A stretch of DNA of 56,466 bases from a virus (taxonomy: Duplodnaviria > Caudoviricetes), in the IMG/VR virus record IMGVR_UViG_3300027728_000001, positions 1 to 56,466 of that record; one strand, written 5' to 3'. Under the pieces are notes generated by a model. The model was not told the DNA's origin and did not search any database. It was given only the letters and a program-made list of their open reading frames with translations. The position numbers and the translations under genes are program-made. Numbering within the stretch: the stretch's first letter is position 1; the number at the start of each line of letters is the position of its first letter. Positions 46,543 through 55,546 of this stretch are shown piece by piece.

Positions 46543-47742
46543 CTACTGGTTATTGCTCTTCCAGAAGCGTTTGAGTGCCGCTAAAGCCACGGCGGCGAAA
46601 ACTAAGGCATATCCCGCGGGGGAAAAGAACCAGAGATCCCGCTTCTCAGACTCCTCTTTGAGCCAGCCAACGATCTCCCGGCACCTCCGAATACACTGCC
46701 CAGAGCCCCATTCATCCATTTGCGCAGCCCGTGCATTACAGGAGCAGGTCGGGGAGGCGACGATTCCACCCAGCCTTAGGATGTCTTTTAGGGCCGCTCC
46801 TGGCCCAGGTAACAGTTTTGGTGGTTCCTCGCCTTCTCCATAGACGATTGGCTCACCGATGGCGGCGGGCGTGAAGCCTGGGCACGGGTCAGTGAGGAGC
46901 GAAATAGTCCCTGTGTAAAACCCTTCGTTGTCGGGGGCGCAATCATCGTTCGCCCGCAGCTCCAATAATCCGGCACCCGGCTGGCCTGTGTAGCTGGAAC
47001 CTACGCTGAACATAACGCCATTTACGCGGCCGATGAGGCGCATGTGCTTAACCCCCGGCAGAGGGTTGCAGCCGCCGTTGGCTGGATAGTCATCAGTGCC
47101 ATCTGGCCCAATGTTGTCGATAGTCGGGAGTCGCCATTGAACAGTTCCCGTGGCATTGATAGTGACGGTGGCCCCGGCAGGGATTGTTAGCCCGGTGCTT
47201 TGCCAGCTGGGGTTGGCCACATCGACGCTGAAGTCAACGGAGGCTTGGGTCGGCAGGCACCCAGATGCCCCGCAGCACTTAGTGTTGTCCCCACAGCAAT
47301 TGAACGCCGTACCGTTCCCAGCGCAGAACGTAGTGCCAGCGGCGCACTTATTTACGCATGCCTCGTTTACACATTTCTGGTGCAATGGGCAGCACGTGCC
47401 CGCGCAACAGCTCCTTGGGGACGGGCACTCAATCCTGCAAGCACCTCCGACGCATTGCTCGCAGTAGTACCACCGACACCCGTTGCTCTGGGCGCCAAAC
47501 ACCGACAGCTCCGTGCAGCTACAACTGAAGCCAAACCTAAACGTGCTGGCGTAGGGCTTATTGCGGCATCCGCACTGGTTCTCCTGAGTGCATCGCTCCT
47601 TGCCCGTGTCGTCTGTACAGGCGCCAATCGAACAATCTCCAGCCGCTACAGCCCCTCCTCCATGGACACATTCACTGCGAGTGATGTCATTACACGCATT
47701 GCCGTTGCAGCACGGTAGCACTTGGCAGCACGTACAGGTCAT
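46543..47742 (-). CDS. Cys-rich repeat protein with PA-IL/LecA-like lectin domain and C-terminal hydrophobic segment
   Basis: More than 30 Cys in CC.G.C repeats; WQSTGL....G..V.I.ATG..LIGRV..ND..DN.G. Confidence 0.65.
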   Translation of the reverse strand: MTCTCCQVLPCCNGNACNDITRSECVHGGGAVAAGDCSIGACTDDTGKERCTQENQCGCRNKPYASTFRFGFSCSCTELSVFGAQSNGCRWYYCEQCVGGACRIECPSPRSCCAGTCCPLHQKCVNEACVNKCAAGTTFCAGNGTAFNCCGDNTKCCGASGCLPTQASVDFSVDVANPSWQSTGLTIPAGATVTINATGTVQWRLPTIDNIGPDGTDDYPANGGCNPLPGVKHMRLIGRVNGVMFSVGSSYTGQPGAGLLELRANDDCAPDNEGFYTGTISLLTDPCPGFTPAAIGEPIVYGEGEEPPKLLPGPGAALKDILRLGGIVASPTCSCNARAAQMDEWGSGQCIRRCREIVGWLKEESEKRDLWFFSPAGYALVFAAVALAALKRFWKSNNQ

Positions 47743-49838
47743 GCTCGCGGCCTCAGGTACACAATGAAGTCGCTCTTGGGGGCGGTCTTCACGTCAATCT
47801 TGTTCTTTAGGTCACCGGGAGTCATCACAATTTTCTTGCTGCCAACTATTTTCGCCCCCGTTGTCTCCGTGACACTTATTTCCCCATTGGCCGCAAATGG
47901 CGTAGGCTCGCTCCCTCTTGTCAGACTGACGTTGGCGTTACCCACGCTGACTTTGACGGCAACATCCTGCGTCCCAGTCGTCGGCGTGACAGTGCCTCCG
48001 GTCACAGAGATGGACAGGCCGGCCGAGCCGGGAGATTTCGCATTCGTCACCTTGCCGCCGGCCAGGGTGAACGTGTGATTACCATTGCCCGGGGTCAGGG
48101 TGATCTTTGCTGCAGGTATCGCTACCGGCCCTTTGGCCGTGCGAACCTCTTTGTTGAGAGTCACTGTCGGAAGTGGTGAGGTGACTGTATGGGTCTGTTC
48201 TTTGCTGGCCAGTTCTACTTTGCCAGCCACGGTGCCTTGGCTGGTGACAGTGGCTGTGGGTGTGCCAGCCAGGGTAATGTTGCGATCTTCTGGCGCGCTG
48301 GTTAGCGTCACCGTGCCAGCCACCGTGCCTTGGCTGGTGACATTAACTCCAGGGGCGCCAGCCAAGGTGACATCCCTAGCTTCGTCGGCCTTTGTGAGCG
48401 TCACCGTGCCAGCCACGGTGCCTTGGCTGGTGACCTTCACCCCGGGCACTCCAGTGAATGCAACGGTAAAAACTTGGTCGGCGACGGTGGGCACAAACTT
48501 GCAGTTGGCATCCAAGAAGCCCCCGGTAACGACCGGCACTTTGATTGTGCCTGCCAGCGTCCCGAGCGTACCGCTGGCGGCGATGCCTGTGATGGCCCCA
48601 TTCCACGTAGCAGCGTTTACAACTGGAACTGAGACGGTGCCTCTGAGTGTGCCGATGGTTCCGGTGGCGGCTATGCCCGAGATGGATCCTGCCCACACGG
48701 CCTTGCTCACAACGGGCACAGACACAGTGCCACTGAGGCTCCCGATGTCACTGCTGACTGCTATCCCCGTGATTGAGCCCGTCCACGTGGCAGAATCCAC
48801 CACAGGAACCTTTACCGTGGCGGCGGCACCGGCAGTGACTGTCGCGGTAGGATAGGCGTCATAGGAAATAGATACTTCCGATGACGCCGCCTCCATGCTG
48901 GCCGAAGCGACTGTCGGCACATCGACTGATCCGCTGAGGTCGGCCAGAGTGCCTGTCGGGTAAGTGTCGTACGCAACCGTACCCGAAGCAGTGATTCCAG
49001 AAACTGTCCCGCCGGTCACGGTCGGGATAGTGGCCTTGCCTTCAGCTTCGATATTGTCTAGCTGGGCGGACTTAATGATCGGCGCGTCCAGCGTGCCGGT
49101 TACGTCTACCGGCTTAGTCACAACACCCGATTCTAGCTCTACGTCGAAGTCATCGTCCAGCTTGCCGCCCGTGAAGCCTTCCACCTTGGCTGTGGCGGTG
49201 ACACCAACGGACTTCATAAAAGTCTTCACATCCAAGGCCGCAGGGAGTTGCGGGCCGAATCCGCCACCCGGCCCGGGAAAGAAACCCACGCCCCCGCCAC
49301 CCACGCCCCCGCCACCCACACCGTCCCGTCCGTCTCGCCCCGGCGTGCCTACATAGGTGTTGTTGATGTAGTTGACGCGGAGGGAGTTAGTGTAAATGTC
49401 GCCGGCATTGACGGTATTGTGTGTACTGTAGTCAAAGTTCGATGGGCCGGTGACATTTAAAGTATCGCCACCGTAATAGTCCGTGTACTCAAACCTTAAG
49501 TCTGTAGGGAAGTAGAACTGGTTGCCGTCATAGTTGCGTGAGTTGTTTACGCTGCCACCGCCGCTGCCACCGCCGCTGCCACCACCTCCACCAGGCACAT
49601 CGACATAGCCGCCCGATCCAGCAGTGGGCAGTAGGTTCTTGTAATCGCTAGGTCGCCACGTACCGTTCTTGGCAAGACCACCCCTGGTGGATAGCCCAGG
49701 GGGCTGGACGTTCACTGCTCCGCGGTGCGTAAGCGGTTGCTGGCAATTGCCAAGGGCTTGCATCAACTGGCGTACAGCACCGTCCGGAATCGCACCGGAG
49801 AGACCCTGCGCCAGTGCGGGCATGCTCTGCGTAAACAT
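47739..49838 (-). CDS. Thr/Gly/Val-rich repetitive tail fibre/spike-like protein
   Basis: 699 aa; VTSQGTVAG x3 and VPVV..A.W.G.I.GIA x3 repeats. Confidence 0.65.
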   Translation of the reverse strand: MFTQSMPALAQGLSGAIPDGAVRQLMQALGNCQQPLTHRGAVNVQPPGLSTRGGLAKNGTWRPSDYKNLLPTAGSGGYVDVPGGGGGSGGGSGGGSVNNSRNYDGNQFYFPTDLRFEYTDYYGGDTLNVTGPSNFDYSTHNTVNAGDIYTNSLRVNYINNTYVGTPGRDGRDGVGGGGVGGGGVGFFPGPGGGFGPQLPAALDVKTFMKSVGVTATAKVEGFTGGKLDDDFDVELESGVVTKPVDVTGTLDAPIIKSAQLDNIEAEGKATIPTVTGGTVSGITASGTVAYDTYPTGTLADLSGSVDVPTVASASMEAASSEVSISYDAYPTATVTAGAAATVKVPVVDSATWTGSITGIAVSSDIGSLSGTVSVPVVSKAVWAGSISGIAATGTIGTLRGTVSVPVVNAATWNGAITGIAASGTLGTLAGTIKVPVVTGGFLDANCKFVPTVADQVFTVAFTGVPGVKVTSQGTVAGTVTLTKADEARDVTLAGAPGVNVTSQGTVAGTVTLTSAPEDRNITLAGTPTATVTSQGTVAGKVELASKEQTHTVTSPLPTVTLNKEVRTAKGPVAIPAAKITLTPGNGNHTFTLAGGKVTNAKSPGSAGLSISVTGGTVTPTTGTQDVAVKVSVGNANVSLTRGSEPTPFAANGEISVTETTGAKIVGSKKIVMTPGDLKNKIDVKTAPKSDFIVYLRPRA

Positions 49839-52426
49839 TAGGTCACGCCCTCAATGCTGACCGCATGGATCACAAGAGACGTTGTCGTTGAACCCTGAGC
49901 CCCGGCAATTGCGAGAGCTACATGCCTGTCACCACCAGCCGACCTCTCGTCCGGGCTTCCGCTAAACTGGATGCGAGCTACGCCGTTCGCTTCACCTAAC
50001 GTAGAGCGAGTGCGCTGCATCTGCAGTGGGCTACCGGAACCTGGGAAATTGGAAGAGACACCGTCGCCTCGGGTGGTCGAAATCGCATTGGGGCGGGGAG
50101 TGTCGGAGCCGTTGAAGTGCCGGCGTATCAAAAGGACTGCCTCGTCCGTGGTTGGCGTGTACGTGATGCTAACTGCTCGCCGCCCGCCCTCGTCGGCCAG
50201 CTCCATGTTCCCGGTGCGCAGGCGATATGGAATCACGGTGCCGGTGTCGCTGTCTCCGGAGAGCGAGCGGAACGCGCCATTAGATAGACCGTACACCACA
50301 CCCTGCTGGCCAGCGATTGCGTAGGGTGCGGCGGCAGTGAGAGGGGCAACGTATTGCTCTTCCCACCACGCCTTCGTCGCTATGCAGTAGACGAGCGCAC
50401 GCACAGGAGCGGAGTCGGTAGATCGGCAGAAGAAGAATCGTACGGTCTTGGAGCCGACATCGGCTTGGACAAAGAACTGGGAGGACTTACTGAAGTCGAT
50501 CACCCGCTCTCGCCAGAAATCATCTACCGCAACCGACACCGCCTCTTCCTTGTTGCCGTCGAACGCATACAACCCGTAACTGTCGGCTATGTAGGCCACG
50601 CCTCCCAGAACGTCCCAGCACTTGCTGTTCAAAATGCCACGGTAGGCGGCGAGGATAATGCTGGCGTCTAGGACTGGCTGAGCAACATAGATGAGGCGAT
50701 ACAAGTGTCGGGACTGCACTGCCAGCAGAGCCGATCCCAGAGGGACGAGGGCAACGACCGCGTCAGAGTCGCCAGCGTTCTCTTGGACAACCATCTCATT
50801 CTCCAAGGGGATGGATTCCGGTTCGTCCACCTCAGAGTAGTACAGGCTGTTGGGCTTTTCTCCCGTCGTATCCACGGCCAGCCAGCAACGGTCTTGGAAC
50901 ATGCAGGCCACGGCAAAGTTGCCCGGGGGCACCCCAAACCTTCTGGCGTTCAACTGGCCGCTGGGCAGGGTGACCGGAAGCAGGCCGTACCCATCTCGTT
51001 CGACATCAGAGAGAACGTCATCGGAGAGGTAATCTGTGTACGTCCCAGTGAAGTTGCCGGCGGATCGCAGGATCTTCGCAACGCGGAACAGCAGGACGCT
51101 CTGGTCGGCGGTTGTTCGCCACAGCTCAACGGCGTGGACGCGGTCATCCAGGCCCGCGTGAGCAAGAGTCCACGTGAGCGATGCCGCGCCTGCCTGCACG
51201 TCCACTTCGACTAGGTCAGAGATGGAAGAACACACCGGGCCTCGCTGGCTTTCTGGCGTAGCGTCGATGTAGCGAATGGCGCACTTGTACTTGCCTCGCA
51301 GCGCATTGGAGATGGTGGCTGTGGCAGTCGCCTTGGCGTCGGGAAACACAACGCTGGGCGGCAAGGTGTACCCACCACCGGAAGCTACAGTCACCTTAGT
51401 GATGCTGCCGGCTGCGACTGTGGCTGTGACTGCCGCCAAAGACGCGGAGCTGTCTGTAGCTTGGGGCTCAATGGCCAACTGTGGCGCGGCGTTAAACAGT
51501 GTGCCGCCACTGGTGACCGTGACGGCCGAGACGCTGTAGCGCATTCCGACCGAAAGGCTAGCCCCCGTTCCGCCACCACCTACAAGCGTCACTGCGACAG
51601 GCCCAGTAGCGCCAGTGCCACCACTGAGGATATCAATGCCCGTAACGACACCGCTCTCCACAATGCAGCGCGCATTACCGTTGGTGAGTTTCTGTTCGCT
51701 GGAGAATACGACCGTGGGCGTAGAAGTGTAGTTCGTCCCCCCGGCCGTGACCGTTACTGCTTCTACCGACCCAGCGATACCGACAGTGAATGCAGCACCT
51801 TGGGCGAGGCTCGCAGACAGCGAGACAACAGGGGCAGACTGATACCCAACGCCGGGCTCAGAGAGCGTGATGCCGACAACGCGGCCCGCGGCGACTTCTG
51901 CTCGCCCCACAGCGGCCTTGGTTGGTGTCCCGCCGGAAAACGTGACGCTCGGCGCTGAGTAATAATACGCCCCGGGAGCGACGATGTTGACGCCATCCAC
52001 GTATCCCGCCATTCCGGCGCTGGCGATGGTCATTGCCGGGCCACGCTGGGGCTTCTGGATTCCCAACGGCTGCATGGTGCCAGCCGTGCCGTCCCATCGG
52101 AGTCCTCGCCCCATGCCGTCGAACACGTACAGGTCGTTGAACCGTGAGCGAACGAACGATGCAGGCCGAATGGCACCCGCGTAGACAGCAGCGGTAGCAG
52201 TGGCGTTTCCAGCAATCGTTATCACCGGGGCACTGGAATAGCCCGTCCCGCCGTTGGTGATTACCAAGGATTCGACTTGCGTCCCAGCCATGTGGGCCAG
52301 AGCCGCTGCACCCGCACCACCACCTCCAGAGAACGTGACTGCCGGTGGAGAGCTGTAGCTGGAGCCATTAGTGGTCATCGTCAATGCGACCACTTGGCCA
52401 GATCGGCGTTGCGCTAGAAACGACAT
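49838..52426 (-). CDS. Tail nozzle (P22 gp10/tubular protein B-like) with N-terminal beta-repeats
   Basis: V..I.ITNGG.GY.SAP.V repeats, then LYYSEVDEPES..G....ALVPLG..L propeller motifs. Confidence 0.65.
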   Translation of the reverse strand: MSFLAQRRSGQVVALTMTTNGSSYSSPPAVTFSGGGGAGAAALAHMAGTQVESLVITNGGTGYSSAPVITIAGNATATAAVYAGAIRPASFVRSRFNDLYVFDGMGRGLRWDGTAGTMQPLGIQKPQRGPAMTIASAGMAGYVDGVNIVAPGAYYYSAPSVTFSGGTPTKAAVGRAEVAAGRVVGITLSEPGVGYQSAPVVSLSASLAQGAAFTVGIAGSVEAVTVTAGGTNYTSTPTVVFSSEQKLTNGNARCIVESGVVTGIDILSGGTGATGPVAVTLVGGGGTGASLSVGMRYSVSAVTVTSGGTLFNAAPQLAIEPQATDSSASLAAVTATVAAGSITKVTVASGGGYTLPPSVVFPDAKATATATISNALRGKYKCAIRYIDATPESQRGPVCSSISDLVEVDVQAGAASLTWTLAHAGLDDRVHAVELWRTTADQSVLLFRVAKILRSAGNFTGTYTDYLSDDVLSDVERDGYGLLPVTLPSGQLNARRFGVPPGNFAVACMFQDRCWLAVDTTGEKPNSLYYSEVDEPESIPLENEMVVQENAGDSDAVVALVPLGSALLAVQSRHLYRLIYVAQPVLDASIILAAYRGILNSKCWDVLGGVAYIADSYGLYAFDGNKEEAVSVAVDDFWRERVIDFSKSSQFFVQADVGSKTVRFFFCRSTDSAPVRALVYCIATKAWWEEQYVAPLTAAAPYAIAGQQGVVYGLSNGAFRSLSGDSDTGTVIPYRLRTGNMELADEGGRRAVSITYTPTTDEAVLLIRRHFNGSDTPRPNAISTTRGDGVSSNFPGSGSPLQMQRTRSTLGEANGVARIQFSGSPDERSAGGDRHVALAIAGAQGSTTTSLVIHAVSIEGVT

Positions 52427-52701
52427 TAGGCAGTACCTGTTCGCACTGAGGAAAAGATTTTGCCTGTGGCATCTTGGTAGACCAGATGCTCGCCCAGCCC
52501 CTTCTGATACCGGAAGGCTGAAAGGACGGCCTGCGTGGCAACGTCAGCAGAGGTAAACGTGACAGCCTGCAAGCCCGGTCGCACAGTCAATTGCCCAGGA
52601 ACCAAGCACTGCAGATTGAGCTGATCCACCATGGCACCGGGAGGCAGTGCATACGGCGAAGCGTTGGTGACCAACCCCAAGAACTTCTGGATGACAATCA
52701 C
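52426..52701 (-). CDS. 91-aa protein resembling the N-terminus of nozzle proteins
   Basis: GGAGG RBS and GTG; FLGL..NASP..LP.G....N.....GQL.VRPG. Confidence 0.6.
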   Translation of the reverse strand: MIVIQKFLGLVTNASPYALPPGAMVDQLNLQCLVPGQLTVRPGLQAVTFTSADVATQAVLSAFRYQKGLGEHLVYQDATGKIFSSVRTGTA

Positions 52702-53840
52702 GGGGCACCTCCATCGTAATCGTCGGCTTGCAGCGGCGTCCTCCAAGACACCGTATCCCAGACGATGGTTTCGCGGGGTACGAACGGTGTCAGCTGATCC
52801 GCTTCCATGGAGAGGCGGAGATCCCGCTGGTACATCGCAAACGCATTGTCTGGCTTGGTGCCCCGTGTGCGGGCGAGCCAATAGGTAGCGCAAGAGAGAA
52901 AGCCGTTGTGCATTCCCGTGGGCATGTCAACGATGTCAGTCACCACATACAGCACAGCAGAGGCAGTGATGGAGGTGTTGATGGTGCATGCCGTTGCACT
53001 TGCCACAGCGGTAATCACAGCCTCGTCTTGGTACGGCCGCATCGACTCCAGCCCGCCCGGGGATTCCGATGCAGTGCCCACTCTTAGAACTGACCCAACC
53101 ATCCCGGCCGTGAACGCTGTGCCTGTGCCAGTGACAGCCGTACCGGAAATAGAGATTGTTCCTTGGCGAGCCGAGGGCTCATGGCCGGATAGACGCATCC
53201 TCCGCGGCAGTCGCCGGTAGGAGAAATCCAAGTTGGCCGATTCGACCGGATAGCCGATGACCCTAATGGCCCAGCCAGGCCCGCGGGGGTCTTTGATGAT
53301 CCCCCAAGCGTGCGGCGGGCCAGCGAGGTCATTGGCATTCTCCAGCTTCATCGCCTGGTCTGAAGTGACGTAGGTGAACTGCGTCCATGCAAACTGGTCG
53401 ATGGGCGAGTCGGCGTTGCGGAAGTCTGCCGGAAGGGGGAAGGTGTCTTGGTACAGAGTCGCCGTCGAAGCGTAGATAATGTCGTTGGCGGGAGACAGCG
53501 TTGCATCGCACAGAAGCTGGGTGTCGCTGATGCGAGAAGCGATTTTAAGGACAGTGCTATTGACCCGCATCCGACACAGAGCGGAGTTGGCCGGGAAGGG
53601 ATCCCCCGTCTCCAGGTCGATGATGTTAGTGGCGCGGTCGTAGGTGATCGATCCCACCCAATGGGCAGCAAACCGGACACGGCCGTGGGATTGGTAGTAG
53701 TTCCAGTCCCGCATGGTAGAGAGTTCGCTATACGCCCGCTGAACGGCAGTGCGAATATCAGACTGCTCCGCATCCTGCGGCCCGCCAGAGCTGCTGGTGA
53801 TCAGATGTTCGACAGCGTCGTAGTAGGTAAGCAGAGTCAT
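52698..53840 (-). CDS. Head-tail adaptor (tubular protein A-like)
   Basis: AVQRAYSEL...DW, FPLPADF; position upstream of the nozzle. Confidence 0.6.
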   Translation of the reverse strand: MTLLTYYDAVEHLITSSSGGPQDAEQSDIRTAVQRAYSELSTMRDWNYYQSHGRVRFAAHWVGSITYDRATNIIDLETGDPFPANSALCRMRVNSTVLKIASRISDTQLLCDATLSPANDIIYASTATLYQDTFPLPADFRNADSPIDQFAWTQFTYVTSDQAMKLENANDLAGPPHAWGIIKDPRGPGWAIRVIGYPVESANLDFSYRRLPRRMRLSGHEPSARQGTISISGTAVTGTGTAFTAGMVGSVLRVGTASESPGGLESMRPYQDEAVITAVASATACTINTSITASAVLYVVTDIVDMPTGMHNGFLSCATYWLARTRGTKPDNAFAMYQRDLRLSMEADQLTPFVPRETIVWDTVSWRTPLQADDYDGGAP

Positions 53841-54229
53841 TCGGCTGGCTCAGGCTCCGGTTCTGGCGCTGGTTCTGGCTCTGGCGCTGGTTCTGGCGCT
53901 GGGCTGGGGGCTGGAAGTGGATCCGTTGCAACGACACCCTGCTCCCGGCCAATCTTTGCCACGTAGACCATCAGCGAGCCCACCACAGCCGCCAGCTCTG
54001 GGTCTGCGGCGGCTCCCGTGAGAACGTCCGAGACTTCAACCCACTGACCGGGGGCCGATTCCAGCTCGGCAACACCGCCCACAATGCCGAAACGCCGCAG
54101 TCGCACACGGGCATTAACGGGGGCGTTGATGTCGGGGGCCGAGATAACCACCTCTTCCACCCAGATTGAGTCGTATGTCTTGGCGGGGACGACCAGGGGG
54201 TCAGCAGCGGACAGCGTGGGGATGGACAT
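53837..54229 (-). CDS. Hypothetical protein with APEPEP tail (tail fibre-associated)
   Basis: 130 aa; Pro/Glu repeat at about 53840-53905. Confidence 0.7.
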   Translation of the reverse strand: MSIPTLSAADPLVVPAKTYDSIWVEEVVISAPDINAPVNARVRLRRFGIVGGVAELESAPGQWVEVSDVLTGAAADPELAAVVGSLMVYVAKIGREQGVVATDPLPAPSPAPEPAPEPEPAPEPEPEPAE

Positions 54230-54319
54230 GGTGGCCTCTGGGAAGGGGATTTCCTCTATAGGCTAGTGGCCTGCGTGGGCGGCTAGGCGTACACCCGGGC
54301 GTGGTCGGCTGCGGCCTTA

Positions 54320-55333
54320 TTACCAAGGGGTAAGAGGAACGCGAGTCCAAGTGTTGTTCGTAATGCAGACGTACAGGTAGAGCGTGTCAAAACAGATTTC
54401 GCCTTGGTTGCCAGAGGCAGTGGCAGACGCGGGTGTTCGATGCGTGCGGAGTCGCAGGGTGCTGCCAGACAAATCCAACTGCGTTGTGGGATTGATCCCG
54501 CCCACGCCGACATTACCGCTGGCATCGACGCGCAGCCGTTCCACGCCGGCTGTCGCCACGGCAACAATGTCAGTAGACGGCGAGAAGAACCCCGTGTTTG
54601 TGTCGCCCGAAAACGTAATAGCTGGGGCAGTCACGGAGCCGATTGCGACCGTGATGACGCCGTTCACATCCAAGGCCGATGAGGGCGTGTCCCGGCTGGC
54701 GCCTATGCCGACATTCCCGCGGAACACATTCTGAGCCGTGCCGAGCGAAGCCACATTCCAACGGCCCGTGCCTGCTGCAATATCGGCGCGAAACCCATAG
54801 TTCACTGTGGCGGCAGTCATATTGCCCACAGCCAGGTAGCCGATCTGCGAGCTGAGGACAGTGCCTGCCCCCAGAGTCCCTTGGGCTGCGCTGAAATGAC
54901 TGTAGGACGACGCAACATCGACCGCTGTGTTGACGATGTTGTAGACGCCCACAACGCTGGTGACATCGGTCTGCACAACACCCTGCTGCAGGACGCCAAA
55001 GGCTGCTGTGTGGCCGGTGATCGGTGAGTCGACAGATAGACTGCGGGCGATTGCTCCGAGCGAGCCCATGCCTACTCGTCCTTCAGCGTTGATGCCCAGC
55101 CGGATCGCCCCGCCCGTGACGATGGCAATTCGATCCGCACCTGGGGAGTAGATGCCAGTGTTTGTGTCCCCTGTGAACGTATGGGAGGGGCTCGCAGCGG
55201 ATCCCAGTGAAGAGACAAACGTCTGCGTAGCGGCACCTACAAGCTCCCACGCAATGCCTGACCAAGAGTAGGTGCGGCCATTCTGAGTGCTTTGTTGGCC
55301 GACAGTCGGTGATGCTGGGAATGTCAGGGGCAT
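54320..55333 (-). CDS. Second tail fibre-like protein
   Basis: FPASPTVGQ..Y.W.G.AW start; two F.GDTNTG.. modules also present in the large fibre; C-terminal G..GEI.FD..YLYVC...NTW.R. Confidence 0.75.
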   Translation of the reverse strand: MPLTFPASPTVGQQSTQNGRTYSWSGIAWELVGAATQTFVSSLGSAASPSHTFTGDTNTGIYSPGADRIAIVTGGAIRLGINAEGRVGMGSLGAIARSLSVDSPITGHTAAFGVLQQGVVQTDVTSVVGVYNIVNTAVDVASSYSHFSAAQGTLGAGTVLSSQIGYLAVGNMTAATVNYGFRADIAAGTGRWNVASLGTAQNVFRGNVGIGASRDTPSSALDVNGVITVAIGSVTAPAITFSGDTNTGFFSPSTDIVAVATAGVERLRVDASGNVGVGGINPTTQLDLSGSTLRLRTHRTPASATASGNQGEICFDTLYLYVCITNNTWTRVPLTPW

Positions 55334-55384
55334 GTGTTATTCCAATGGGCTGCTGGCGATGCCGCGTAGGTAGCTAGCCATGGC

Positions 55385-55546
55385 TCACTCCGGTTCGCCT
55401 ATTGCGTCGATCTGTCGTCGTCTCTCTGCTGCCGCAGCTACCATCGCGTGAGCCTCGGCAACCGCTCGCGGCAGCACGCTGGCAGCACGCCAGAGGCAGT
55501 AGCTGCCGATGGTTGAGCAGATCAGGAGTTCGATGAGGTGTTTCAT
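55385..55546 (-). CDS. 53-aa hypothetical protein (MKHLIELLICSTIG..), not in ORF track
   Basis: ATGA overlap with the fibre stop. Confidence 0.55.
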   Translation of the reverse strand: MKHLIELLICSTIGSYCLWRAASVLPRAVAEAHAMVAAAAERRRQIDAIGEPE

